Shown here piece after piece: positions 15,576 through 25,569 of a DNA stretch of 45,869 bases. The notes under the pieces were generated by a model. That model searched no databases and was not told where the DNA came from. It saw nothing but the letters and a program-made list of their open reading frames with translations. The translations under genes were made by a program, and so were the position numbers. This DNA comes from a virus: IMG/VR virus record IMGVR_UViG_3300045988_123909; one strand, given 5' to 3'. The first letter of the stretch is position 1. The number at the start of each line of letters is the position of its first letter.

Positions 15576-16343
15576 CTATCGTAAAAATGCTGACACCGGG
15601 CGAACACGACCCTTATCCTTAACCTTATTGGACCAGTTGCTGAGGGTGCCGCCGCCAAAGCGCAGAAACCACGCGAGCGCAGGACTGCCCTCGGTAGATG
15701 ACCAGTACCAGATTGCATCTAGCTGCTGAGCTCCATTAATGAGTGACAGCGCATAGTTGATCTTTGCTTTATTAGCATACATCATCAGTAATTCCCCAAT
15801 CGATGGCAGCCACCAGTATCCGGCGGTCAGACCTTTACCATTACTGTTCGCTCGACTATACAGTCTACAATAGCCTGGAGCGTAGGCAGCAGTATTCGTT
15901 ACGTGCGAATCGGACGATGCTCTGATTGCGGCATCCGTATGCTGCCGGCCATTAAAATCCAGCATGGCAGCGAGTCGGTTATTCCCGGTAACCTGAGCAG
16001 TAAAAGTGTCGTCGCTGCCGTAGTTAGGAAGGTCTGCCTGTACCTCTGCGCTCGACCATGGTAGCGCATCTGCCTGTGTTGGAGCGACAACCAGATGACG
16101 GCCACCTTCAAATATTACTACGCCATCCGCTATTTCTCCGCCAGCTTCCAAGCTTGGCCACTGTGCTGGAGCAACCATGAGCGGATATCCATCATATGCA
16201 CGATGATACATGATGAAGACGCCATCATACAACTGAGCCATATTCTTTTCGAGATAAGGCTTCATAGTGTTAAGACTTGCATTAGTAACGGCCTGGCCGT
16301 TAGCAGACAGCCAATCGCTGATTTTTCTTGTATTTATAGCCAT
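15576..16343 (-). CDS. DGR target protein, DUF1566/C-type-lectin-fold-like, with the VR at its C-terminus; probable receptor-binding tail protein
   Basis: 255 aa. GYWWLPSIGELLMMY and WYWSSTE...W...F motifs resemble DUF1566 or FGE/CLec-fold DGR targets. It is the last gene of the tail-fibre block. Confidence 0.8.
   Translation of the reverse strand: MAINTRKISDWLSANGQAVTNASLNTMKPYLEKNMAQLYDGVFIMYHRAYDGYPLMVAPAQWPSLEAGGEIADGVVIFEGGRHLVVAPTQADALPWSSAEVQADLPNYGSDDTFTAQVTGNNRLAAMLDFNGRQHTDAAIRASSDSHVTNTAAYAPGYCRLYSRANSNGKGLTAGYWWLPSIGELLMMYANKAKINYALSLINGAQQLDAIWYWSSTEGSPALAWFLRFGGGTLSNWSNKVKDKGRVRPVSAFLR
15586..15698 (-). repeat. DGR variable repeat (VR), the last 37 codons of the target gene
   Basis: See TR. 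VR encodes TEGSPALAWFLRFGGGTLSNWSNKVKDKGRVRPVSAFLR. Confidence 0.9.
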
Positions 16344-16367
16344 AATATTATGTATTTTAAATGATTA

Positions 16368-16664
16368 TTACTTATTTTCCTCTTCTACCGATACCGCATT
16401 GCTGATAGCGGCATTCACTGCGTCAATGAAGCAGGGAGCGGTAGTGCGTTCAACGAGTTCCTTGATGATTTCCACTTCGTCATCGGTGTACTCAGTCTCG
16501 TCACTTCCGTTCCACATCTTCACAGCAAGAGCCTGTCCTGCCAGCCCCAATCCTGCTCCCTGCGAGTAGATGATGTTTGCAATCTGCTTGCGTGCGTTAA
16601 CTACCTGACACCGGTTCTTGTCGAGTGTCATAAATACTTCGAGATGTTCTAACTTAACTTTCAT
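16368..16664 (-). CDS. Hypothetical protein (tail-fibre module)
   Basis: 98-aa ORF with ATG start, tightly packed between fibre genes. Confidence 0.5.
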   Translation of the reverse strand: MKVKLEHLEVFMTLDKNRCQVVNARKQIANIIYSQGAGLGLAGQALAVKMWNGSDETEYTDDEVEIIKELVERTTAPCFIDAVNAAISNAVSVEEENK

Positions 16665-16684
16665 ATTAATTTTTGCTTTTATGA

Positions 16685-17827
16685 TTATCTATCCGACCAA
16701 TTTAAATCATTTTCTCCGCTCCAGAAGATACCACGACCGAAATAGGTCTTATCATCCTGACTAGGAGTAAGTATTTCTGGGTGTATATATACAAGATTTA
16801 TTGTTTCTCCACCATGAAGTTGATGCCATCCACCGACATCACAGAAATATATACCATTATTACGGTCATTGGCATTTATTGCCATCCAACGCTTACCTGT
16901 TCCTCCAGGTACAAACTCGTAATAATATGTAGCAATTGCTCTAAGAGGACTGAATACTACTATATCAATAGGACATCCGGACAAATTTTCATTAGGACTA
17001 TACAATGGAATTTTGTATACGGTTTTATTGTCATAAGAAACACGCTCTAGAGGCACAGGTATTCTTTCGCTATCGTATCCGTCAGGATAAACTTGCATAA
17101 CATCCCCAGATACTACTGCCAATGTACTCTCCCGATGACCAAAAGCACCTCGACACCATACATTACCAGCATAGAAACGCCAACCCCTTTTCTTCGCAGA
17201 ATTATATCCTTGATTATAAATATCTGCATCAAATGTTATACGGCCAGAACTATCAAAATATATTGAACCAGCGTTTTTCTGTCCATCAGAACTAACCGCA
17301 GTCAATCTATGAAAAGAGCCTGTCACACCCTTCAGTTCTCCTGCGAATATACCATTAGACGCATATAACGAACCATCTTTCTTTACGCTGAATGGAGCAT
17401 CAGCCCCATTCGGTGCGCCAAGCCACAGAGCGTAATCATTATCATTACTAACAACCCTAAACGAGCCAAACATTGCGCCACCTGACGGATTGTACAGATT
17501 GATCTGATTGCTTCCGAGCATATTGATGGTAGCGTTCTCGGCAAGAAGAAGATGAGTTGCTATTGATTTATATTGGCTCATCTTTGTCCAATGCCCATCA
17601 GTCAAACTAGGCGAAGAAGTTGCATCGTCATACGTTTTAGTACATTGATACCACTTGCCTTTAACACACACAACATCAACGTATGCTTCTTCTCCTGCAC
17701 CCGAAAGATACTTATAGCTGCCCGATTCAAAACCGTCATGTTCACGCATAAGAGCACCTTTTTGCCCTTTGTCTCCTCTCAGAGAGAAGGAGATTGAGCC
17801 AGTTACTTCTACTAAAACCTTTGCCAT
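16685..17827 (-). CDS. Putative tail fibre / receptor-binding protein
   Basis: 380 aa, rich in G/S/N/Y. Call rests on position in the distal tail block. Confidence 0.5.
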   Translation of the reverse strand: MAKVLVEVTGSISFSLRGDKGQKGALMREHDGFESGSYKYLSGAGEEAYVDVVCVKGKWYQCTKTYDDATSSPSLTDGHWTKMSQYKSIATHLLLAENATINMLGSNQINLYNPSGGAMFGSFRVVSNDNDYALWLGAPNGADAPFSVKKDGSLYASNGIFAGELKGVTGSFHRLTAVSSDGQKNAGSIYFDSSGRITFDADIYNQGYNSAKKRGWRFYAGNVWCRGAFGHRESTLAVVSGDVMQVYPDGYDSERIPVPLERVSYDNKTVYKIPLYSPNENLSGCPIDIVVFSPLRAIATYYYEFVPGGTGKRWMAINANDRNNGIYFCDVGGWHQLHGGETINLVYIHPEILTPSQDDKTYFGRGIFWSGENDLNWSDR

Positions 17828-17835
17828 AAGCTGTA

Positions 17836-18915
17836 CTATATAGTTCCTGTTATCGAATACACCGCACCCTTATAGGCTCTGATACCAGCTTCGGTAATCG
17901 TAAACGTATTTCCCGATTCGGTGATTGCTGAATTGATAGGCACACCTGCGTTGGAATAGAGCGACATAGAAAATGTTACTCCAGTCTCATTTTCGGTTGA
18001 ACCTCTCTTGCGCATATATGGCTTATAGACAATTTTGCCGCCTGAGTTTTGAACGAAGTTCTCAGCTACAGGGTTGTTGTTGCCGTCCGTAGGGTTCGGA
18101 TAAAGAATGTACTCGTCTGATACGTCATTGATAGTCTGTGTGTCGGAAGCATAGAAACCACCAGCCTTCCATGCTTCGCACTTTACGATGATGGACGAAT
18201 CCACGTCCGTCTCGTTGATGGTAAATGTAGCGGAGTCACTATCTTGCCTGAGTGCCCATCCACCGCTAGCATCTGGCAGATACCACTTGAATGTATATCC
18301 AGTAGATGTAGTCATATTGCCATTCGTAACCTGCGCCTTGACAGTACAGGTTCCACCTTTCTCCGTAATCGTGAAGAGATTCCTGTCTGACGTTGCGATG
18401 ATGTTCACACGCTTGGAATCAATCACACCTTCGGCTATATATACTGGGTACATAGCTTGAAGTTTCACATTTGTGTTTGATATGGATATATCAACCTTAC
18501 AGATAATAGTGAATGAATCGCCACCATTGATATTGACAAGGTTCTTATTGACCGTAAGGGTCGGATTGCCGCTAGCATCAGACCCCTCCGTGAAATGACC
18601 TGCCGCACCGCCAAATGAATTCGTTGAAACGTGCGATGCATTGAAAGTCAGCGCAACACCTGCGACAATCCACGTTGGAGTGCCTCTAGTGAGGTCAAAC
18701 GAATTGCCCGCACCCTGTTCCGCCGAATATGCCTGCATAACCAGCTTTGGCTTCGTTGCACCGCTCGCCTCGAAGTTAGGCACAACGTTGGAAGGTGACG
18801 CAGGGTTGCCGTCATAATTCTGATACACGTCTCCTGTAGTACATTGCAGAATAGTGTGCAAGGTAGTACCATTACTTGTAACGGTAATCTGTCCTGTAAC
18901 TGTAGCTTTACTCAT
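17836..18915 (-). CDS. Putative tail fibre / Ig-like-repeat tail protein
   Basis: 359 aa, T/S/N/G-rich with beta-like composition. Its start overlaps the upstream stop as ATGAGTAA. Confidence 0.5.
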   Translation of the reverse strand: MSKATVTGQITVTSNGTTLHTILQCTTGDVYQNYDGNPASPSNVVPNFEASGATKPKLVMQAYSAEQGAGNSFDLTRGTPTWIVAGVALTFNASHVSTNSFGGAAGHFTEGSDASGNPTLTVNKNLVNINGGDSFTIICKVDISISNTNVKLQAMYPVYIAEGVIDSKRVNIIATSDRNLFTITEKGGTCTVKAQVTNGNMTTSTGYTFKWYLPDASGGWALRQDSDSATFTINETDVDSSIIVKCEAWKAGGFYASDTQTINDVSDEYILYPNPTDGNNNPVAENFVQNSGGKIVYKPYMRKRGSTENETGVTFSMSLYSNAGVPINSAITESGNTFTITEAGIRAYKGAVYSITGTI

Positions 18916-19279
18916 TGTTTACCTCACTTTCTTCTTTAGTATCTGTATTTTCGTTACCTGTATTCTCGGAAGACGGATTGTCGCTGCCGCCAGAACTGAT
19001 ATTGCCATTATCTTGGGTATCGCCATCGCCGCCGAACTCAACTGGGGTATAGCAGGTGGCAGGAGTATCAGTAGTTCCCTTGATTTCCGCAAGAGCATCG
19101 CTCTCTACTACAAGTGAGCCGCCGACATTGGCTGCCCTCTCGTTGAGGTTCACACCTTTCACACCATTCAGCTCACTCTGATAGAGCAGACAGTTTCCGT
19201 CACTTGTCATTGTCAGCGGTACTCCGCTTTTGATAATGGTCTCTGCGACCTGCTTAGTTACCTTAACGTAGTATTTCAT
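18908..19279 (-). CDS. Hypothetical tail protein with acidic/low-complexity C-terminus
   Basis: The track ORF starts with GTG at 19306; the ATG at 19279 (MKYYVKV...) is preferred. Confidence 0.45.
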   Translation of the reverse strand: MKYYVKVTKQVAETIIKSGVPLTMTSDGNCLLYQSELNGVKGVNLNERAANVGGSLVVESDALAEIKGTTDTPATCYTPVEFGGDGDTQDNGNISSGGSDNPSSENTGNENTDTKEESEVNNE

Positions 19280-19305
19280 AATTTTGATTTTTTTAAAGTT
19301 AAACA

Positions 19306-20553
19306 CTATCCGTTATACTCGTCAATCTCCCTTGATATGATGTATTTTCCGCCCTCATCCACAAGGGCATTTCCGTTCTCGTCAACAATCAGCTCGTAAG
19401 CACCTCGGTCTTCGATAGACAGACGAATGCTCTTCTTAGCCTCAAATGGGCACTGGAATGTCTCGCCATAACCTAACGTCTCTGCACTCTGCGTCATTGT
19501 AGTAACACCATTATTTGTGCTCTTGCCGTATGTTATCTTCTGCCATTTTGCTCTCAGCACTTTTTTCCAAACGGATGGTTCGATAACTCCATTGTTGTCG
19601 CTGACAATAGCTCGGCAGGCAACTGATGTCGCATCTTCATTGAGTCCGAAGCCATCGCCGATGAACTGAGCCGTGAGCGGCGGTATGGTTCTATTGATGT
19701 ACGTAACCTTCCGAGCATCAGCATCACGGGGCGAGGAGGGAATACTGCCGCTATAGATATAGCACGCTCTCAACTCATATCCGATACCTTCGCCTATCAT
19801 ATCACAATCAATAGTGATAGAGGAAATCTGCCCGTTTGCACCCTTGGTCATTGCCGTAATCTCGTAATTCTCGGCATCGTCAACAGATGATATAAGCTGC
19901 TTCGTACCGTTGTCAAGAATGCGATACCACCATATTCTCGTCTTGCTGTCTGCTGTCTTATCCTTGGCTCCAACCATAATCTTGGCGGTAAGAGTTTTAG
20001 ATGCAGCGTGCTTGATAGGATTCCACAGCACTGTAGGTGGACTATCAAGCATAATCTCAGCTCTCGCATTGGTACAATCTTCAAGATAGAGAGCCTTGTT
20101 AGCCACGAACGTGTACTTATATCCGCAAACTGGGTCTGTCCAGCTTCCTTCAAATCGCATTGTTCGTGGCTTGCCTAGAACGGAGTTCTGCTTGATATAG
20201 AGAGTTCCCTTATCCGAACCTTCCCTCACAGCTTCATATCCAGCCTTCACACTTGCATTCTCACTTGTAGCTACTACCACGATGCCGCTAGATGTCACCT
20301 CCGACCACTTGAATGTATCCAACTGACTATTGAAGACAGGTGTTTCTCCTGGGTTATCGGGGTCGATGAGATGGCAGGAAGGAAACATCGTGCAAGGTCG
20401 AATGGTGAAGTCGGGCGAGAATGAGCCTTCAATACCATCATACTGCTGTCTGTTGATGATATTGCCAACAATCTCTATGTTGCAGGATTGAGAGTAAGCC
20501 GTAGGCTGTATCTCCATCATCTTGTCAACACTAACCGCTAATTCTTTAGCCAT
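19306..20553 (-). CDS. Hypothetical tail/baseplate protein
   Basis: 415-aa ORF in the tail block. Confidence 0.5.
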   Translation of the reverse strand: MAKELAVSVDKMMEIQPTAYSQSCNIEIVGNIINRQQYDGIEGSFSPDFTIRPCTMFPSCHLIDPDNPGETPVFNSQLDTFKWSEVTSSGIVVVATSENASVKAGYEAVREGSDKGTLYIKQNSVLGKPRTMRFEGSWTDPVCGYKYTFVANKALYLEDCTNARAEIMLDSPPTVLWNPIKHAASKTLTAKIMVGAKDKTADSKTRIWWYRILDNGTKQLISSVDDAENYEITAMTKGANGQISSITIDCDMIGEGIGYELRACYIYSGSIPSSPRDADARKVTYINRTIPPLTAQFIGDGFGLNEDATSVACRAIVSDNNGVIEPSVWKKVLRAKWQKITYGKSTNNGVTTMTQSAETLGYGETFQCPFEAKKSIRLSIEDRGAYELIVDENGNALVDEGGKYIISREIDEYNG

Positions 20554-20583
20554 ATTCTATTTATTTTAAAAATTCAACATTAA

Positions 20584-23328
20584 TCAGAAACTAACACTCA
20601 CATCTTCGGAATACATCGTCTCTCCATCCCTGATTTCGGCATCACATCGGAATGTCACACTACCTATCTTGAATGCAGCACCGCCAAGGTCTTCATAGGT
20701 CAAATCAACCGACAATCCGCAGTTGGCGTGAGAGAGTGCCCATTTATTATCTGCCGTTGGATTTCCGCTGTCTCTAGTCCATACAACATTGACCATAGAA
20801 TCGGTCACATCTTGATTGTAGAGCCTTCCGACTACTGATAGAGTAGTGAATACTTTCCAAGAGCCATCAGTATTCGTTGCCATCAAGTCGTTGAGACGGA
20901 AGTTCCACAGCTTCGATGATAGCATTTCGAGCGTGAAATAAGGGTTGCCTTCAACGAACGCCCAAGCGGTAGATGAGTAGGTTGGCGGCTTTGTTGTCTT
21001 GTCTTCTAAACACTTCCACTTGCACCCGAGGTAATAGACGGTATCAATCGTTCTGTCACCATTGCGGTAAGGATTGTCGCCTTGCGCCACAGCCAAGCTC
21101 CACACACCTCTGTCTCTTGTCGTGTAGATTGGATTGCCCTGATAGTCTATCTGCTGGAATGATGCAGCCATCATCCACTTAGCATAGAAGGCTCCATCAC
21201 GCTTGTTGGCGGTAGGGAAGTCTTGGAAGAGGAACGATAGTGCATCTGGCAGCTTACCCATCGCAAGAGAGTAGTTCGTCTTGTCTATGATAGGCTTAGT
21301 AACGTGGTCGAGCCATACAAGCAACCCCTCAGACGATGATATGTACCAGCAGCTCTGTCTGTCTTCGTCCACCGCATTTCCCCATCGTATCAATCTTGCC
21401 AGCTCGCAAGGTGGATAGTTCTTCTTACTAGGACATTCATCATCGGGGTAGCAGACTACCGTAATGGTATTCGTTACGGTGTTAACCGATAGTACTCGCA
21501 GCCACGTATCATAATACTTGCCGTTCTCTGCCAGAGTATTGATGGAAGCTAAGACAACATCATTCTCCTTGAATGCCGTAAAGTCGTTATCCCATCGCTT
21601 CTGCAACTTCAAATCATAGGTTACATTACCACCTTCCGTTGCCGCAGGAGTCCCCATCACCGACTCAACTATACCGCTCTCGGTAAAGACGAAGTTACTC
21701 TCCATAGCTGTCTGTCTGTTCACGATAAGCTCCTTAGCGATAATGGAACTGCGAGACGTAATACTCTCGAACTCAGCGTTTCCACGTTCATCGATACGTC
21801 CTCCCGAACCTGTAAGTATTCCAGGAATAAAACCACCAAACTGTGCGCCTGAAAGAAACTTGATCAGAGCGCTTGCCGTATCTTCGATATCCTTGCGGAG
21901 AATCTTCCTGCTAGCCTTGCCATTTTCAGAAAAATCATCGGTTTCATCGGCATATCCTGCCTTGATTTTCTTGTCGAGATAGGTAATGTATCCGTTGAAT
22001 TCCGATAGTGCGTCCAGCACATCAATATTCTTATGACTATGACCAACGCCACCTCCGCCAGTATAAGAACTGGACAGTTGCCCTACAAAGTGGGTAAAGA
22101 TAGCTGCCAGCGTGGTTACTCCCCACTCTTCTGAATATGGGTTCTGAACCGGGAAGAGAGCCCCGCTACTGAGCGTCAGCCTTGAGCATTCAACAAGTCG
22201 CGGGGCGATAGTAAAATTTCCCAGATCCGGCAGCTGAATATCCAGCTGCTTGAAGCTTCCTACTTCCGAGCGCGAAATATTCAGGTACGGACGGGCATCT
22301 GAATATTTATAGGTGAAGGTGTAGTTCGAAGGCAGCTCCTTCGCCTCGTAGTTCACGTCACTATCGGTAACGGTTATCTTACGAAGAGAATTGCCATGGT
22401 AAACATACTTACCCAGAGACGGGAAGAAATCGAGCATCCACAGGCGCTCCTTCTTGTCCAGGAACCCGGTATTCTTCTTAAATTTGCGGGTGGTATCTAC
22501 GCGATATTCCTCAGAGTCTTCCTCTATTTCTGCCACATTGTGGGTATGTTCTGCAGTATTTTCGCTGTTGCCGTAAGCGCGGAAACAGTCTACACCTCCC
22601 AACGAATTTTCGAAGAGGAACCACTCTTCCTCCTCGCTCTTCATATCGCTGGCATAGTATTGCTGTACGTAGGTAACCCGCTCTCCAGCCTGCTCTACCC
22701 AGATTTCGTAAACATGGGGCAGAATGCCATCATCGCCTAATAGTTTGGCTATGATGGCGTATTGTACCGGAACAGTATATACCTTTCCTGCCTCCAGGCT
22801 TGCCAGCGTCAATACCTTCTCTTCGTAGCCGTGTCCGGCCGGTATATATGCCTTACACTTCACCTCGCTAGCTTCAGCTGCACAGTAAGTGAGAAATTCC
22901 GGAGAGTAATAGGTTACCCCCTTCGTCTGCGGTTGCCAGGTGAGGAAGTTGGTTTTCAGAAAATTTGCTGCCGAATCTGCCAGCCTGTCTACGCCTGCAC
23001 GTATCACGGAGAAGGAAATCTCCTTCTTACTGCCTTCGCTGCCAACCTCGTAAACCGTTGCCACAAAGGCTTTCATGATATTCGGCTGGATATAAGGTTC
23101 AATACTGTCCTTCACCTCGAAACTGAGCAGAGGAAGGATGATATCCTTGACGGACACCGTAATTCGGTTCTTATCGTTCGGCGTATAGGTATGCTGAACG
23201 ATGTTTGTGCTTGAGCCTTGATACCGTAGGGCGAAAACCACATCTGTCTTCGAGCTGCAGTATATCTCGAAGGTATTCATGGAGCCTACCATGCTCAGAG
23301 CATCTGGATGTAATAAAACCTGTATCAT
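20584..23328 (-). CDS. Large tail/baseplate or fibre protein
   Basis: 914 aa, second gene downstream of the tape measure. Contains a GGGGVGHSH segment. Confidence 0.55.
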   Translation of the reverse strand: MIQVLLHPDALSMVGSMNTFEIYCSSKTDVVFALRYQGSSTNIVQHTYTPNDKNRITVSVKDIILPLLSFEVKDSIEPYIQPNIMKAFVATVYEVGSEGSKKEISFSVIRAGVDRLADSAANFLKTNFLTWQPQTKGVTYYSPEFLTYCAAEASEVKCKAYIPAGHGYEEKVLTLASLEAGKVYTVPVQYAIIAKLLGDDGILPHVYEIWVEQAGERVTYVQQYYASDMKSEEEEWFLFENSLGGVDCFRAYGNSENTAEHTHNVAEIEEDSEEYRVDTTRKFKKNTGFLDKKERLWMLDFFPSLGKYVYHGNSLRKITVTDSDVNYEAKELPSNYTFTYKYSDARPYLNISRSEVGSFKQLDIQLPDLGNFTIAPRLVECSRLTLSSGALFPVQNPYSEEWGVTTLAAIFTHFVGQLSSSYTGGGGVGHSHKNIDVLDALSEFNGYITYLDKKIKAGYADETDDFSENGKASRKILRKDIEDTASALIKFLSGAQFGGFIPGILTGSGGRIDERGNAEFESITSRSSIIAKELIVNRQTAMESNFVFTESGIVESVMGTPAATEGGNVTYDLKLQKRWDNDFTAFKENDVVLASINTLAENGKYYDTWLRVLSVNTVTNTITVVCYPDDECPSKKNYPPCELARLIRWGNAVDEDRQSCWYISSSEGLLVWLDHVTKPIIDKTNYSLAMGKLPDALSFLFQDFPTANKRDGAFYAKWMMAASFQQIDYQGNPIYTTRDRGVWSLAVAQGDNPYRNGDRTIDTVYYLGCKWKCLEDKTTKPPTYSSTAWAFVEGNPYFTLEMLSSKLWNFRLNDLMATNTDGSWKVFTTLSVVGRLYNQDVTDSMVNVVWTRDSGNPTADNKWALSHANCGLSVDLTYEDLGGAAFKIGSVTFRCDAEIRDGETMYSEDVSVSF

Positions 23329-23394
23329 CTTAAAATAGCTTTGGTCATATTTGCAAAGTTAAGATAATACAGGTATATAACAAAGGACAAAGCC

Positions 23395-25557
23395 CTACGA
23401 AATCGGTATGCATTCCAACCAGACGGTCGTACAATGATACACCCATTTACTGTGACGGAACATCGTTGCGTGTCGGGTTTTCTGGCTTACGTATGATTTC
23501 TGCAGGCCATACTTCTGGCCAACGTACTCAGCTGAAGGGAGAGGAGGATAGATAATCTTGAATGTGCGGTCCCGGTTATCTCCGGAATTCCAGTAATCAC
23601 CCTCAGATACCTCTACCGTCTCTTCGAATCCGAGCCACTCATATTTGCAGTTCATCGCCGGCATTACGGCTTCCAGCCTCTTCGCCTCGCTAACAGGAGT
23701 AGTGAGAGCGATGGTTCTGAGCTCGCTTTCCGTTGGTTCGCTCTTTCCTCCGAGGGTAAACTTCAGCTTGTTGAAGAAGAAACTCACACCTCTGATCACA
23801 ACCTTTGCGTAAGAAGGAAGGTTCTGCTTCTGCGACTGGGAGAGGAGCAGTTTTACCTTGAGTTCCTGGAGTGAATTTCTGAGCAGGAGATCATACTGCC
23901 GGTAAAACTTCTCAAAGATGCCATCCTCGCCATTATATACCAGGGAATAGCCGAACAGTTTCCGGGGTGTAGGATTTCCTGGCCGATGCGTACCAAATTT
24001 ATCAGAAACTGATACATGGATATCGTATGCCGTCACGGTTCCGCAAGGCATGTCATCGGTTCCCATGTATGGGAAGGCGAGCATGACTGGAGTTGTGACT
24101 GCATCTTCGCTGGTTTCTGAGTTGTCTTCCGTTGCCACCTTCATCGAAGAGTTGAGCATAGCGTAATCTCCGACATACAGCCATCTGCCCATATCTCTCG
24201 TGATAGTCTCTCCGTCCGCTTCCTGTTTGTACTGCAGCATTCTTACTTCCGGTATCATCTCCGGTATCTCCACGTCTTGCGTATCAATATCATCTTCGCC
24301 GGCATCATAACTCTGGGAACACTCCCCTATTTTGGCTTTCACCTTATAGTTGCCGGAAAATCCGTCCTTGTAGAAACAGCCTTCTTCGTTGCTGAAGTAG
24401 GCGCCAGAATTATTCGCTATCATATCCTTGATATTGTCATAGCTGTCTTCTGCATCGCTATCTACCTGGTGTTTCGCACGCAGGACCACGCGCTTGTAAT
24501 CGGATGCAGTCTTATAAGATAAGGTAGGCTCTTCGGTCATCTGACGGGTGAGATCCGCAACCGGAACGCTATCTACCGCATCTCTCAGGAAGATGATATC
24601 TGCAGTATGTGTTCCCTCGTCAGACACGAACTCACAAAGAAACTTTTTCCGAAAAACTGAGAGGAAATCTGATACCGACACGTCCGGAAGAAGATCCTCG
24701 ATGCGGATATGTCCGTTCACCATCACGTCTATCACATTATTAAGCAACACCATCTTGTTGAATGGTTCCGTCTTGGTAAAGAAATTCTCCTTGAGGTCAT
24801 AACCGAAGTATTTAAAAACACGCTTGAGAACGTAGTTGGCACGGATGAACGGGGATATATAATAGCCCTTATCCAGACTGATTGGTATCTCGTTTACATA
24901 TTCCGTATCCGGATATGCGTTCCAGAAGGTATTGGACCACATGTTGCAGAGAACTAATCCTTGTTCTTCCGGGGCAGTCACATACTCGTAGCCGCCACCT
25001 TTCTTGTATCTCCAGTACTTGGCATTAGGAAGTTTAGTTCTCATGCCCAGCTTGTTCAGTATCTTATAGGTATATCCCTTATCCATGCCAGAATCGTCGG
25101 TAAGCAGAACCGGGAAGATATCATAGTTCTCGTTCTCACCTCCTACGAGAGATCTGCAGAACCTGATGCACTCATCTACGGTTGTGCACCCCGGTATCAT
25201 CTCGTCCTTGAAGATGCTCTTCAGCTTTACATTCTGTATCTTCGAGTAGAAGGATCCGTCGTTGATATAGAATGAAGAGGAGATGTTTCCCTTGTGCTGT
25301 GCCGAGAGAACAATCTGCCTACATTGGGCGAAATACTCGCCGTCTTCGATGCTTACGTTCGCAGCCACCATCTTATCCCTCATACCGAAGGTATCGGGAT
25401 AGTTCAGTATCATGCGGTTGTAATCGCTTGCCGGAATATCCAGTGGGGAGGTCGTTTCCCCGTAATCGTTGAAGAACGGGTTGGTACGTTCTACCTCCAG
25501 CTTGGCGTTTTCGCCAAGCTGGTAGGCCTTTCCTTTATCCAGATTTGTTATTTTCAT
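23395..25557 (-). CDS. Distal tail / tail-tip protein
   Basis: 720 aa, directly downstream of the tape measure gene. Confidence 0.5.
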   Translation of the reverse strand: MKITNLDKGKAYQLGENAKLEVERTNPFFNDYGETTSPLDIPASDYNRMILNYPDTFGMRDKMVAANVSIEDGEYFAQCRQIVLSAQHKGNISSSFYINDGSFYSKIQNVKLKSIFKDEMIPGCTTVDECIRFCRSLVGGENENYDIFPVLLTDDSGMDKGYTYKILNKLGMRTKLPNAKYWRYKKGGGYEYVTAPEEQGLVLCNMWSNTFWNAYPDTEYVNEIPISLDKGYYISPFIRANYVLKRVFKYFGYDLKENFFTKTEPFNKMVLLNNVIDVMVNGHIRIEDLLPDVSVSDFLSVFRKKFLCEFVSDEGTHTADIIFLRDAVDSVPVADLTRQMTEEPTLSYKTASDYKRVVLRAKHQVDSDAEDSYDNIKDMIANNSGAYFSNEEGCFYKDGFSGNYKVKAKIGECSQSYDAGEDDIDTQDVEIPEMIPEVRMLQYKQEADGETITRDMGRWLYVGDYAMLNSSMKVATEDNSETSEDAVTTPVMLAFPYMGTDDMPCGTVTAYDIHVSVSDKFGTHRPGNPTPRKLFGYSLVYNGEDGIFEKFYRQYDLLLRNSLQELKVKLLLSQSQKQNLPSYAKVVIRGVSFFFNKLKFTLGGKSEPTESELRTIALTTPVSEAKRLEAVMPAMNCKYEWLGFEETVEVSEGDYWNSGDNRDRTFKIIYPPLPSAEYVGQKYGLQKSYVSQKTRHATMFRHSKWVYHCTTVWLECIPIS

Positions 25558-25569
25558 GTTCAGAAGATT

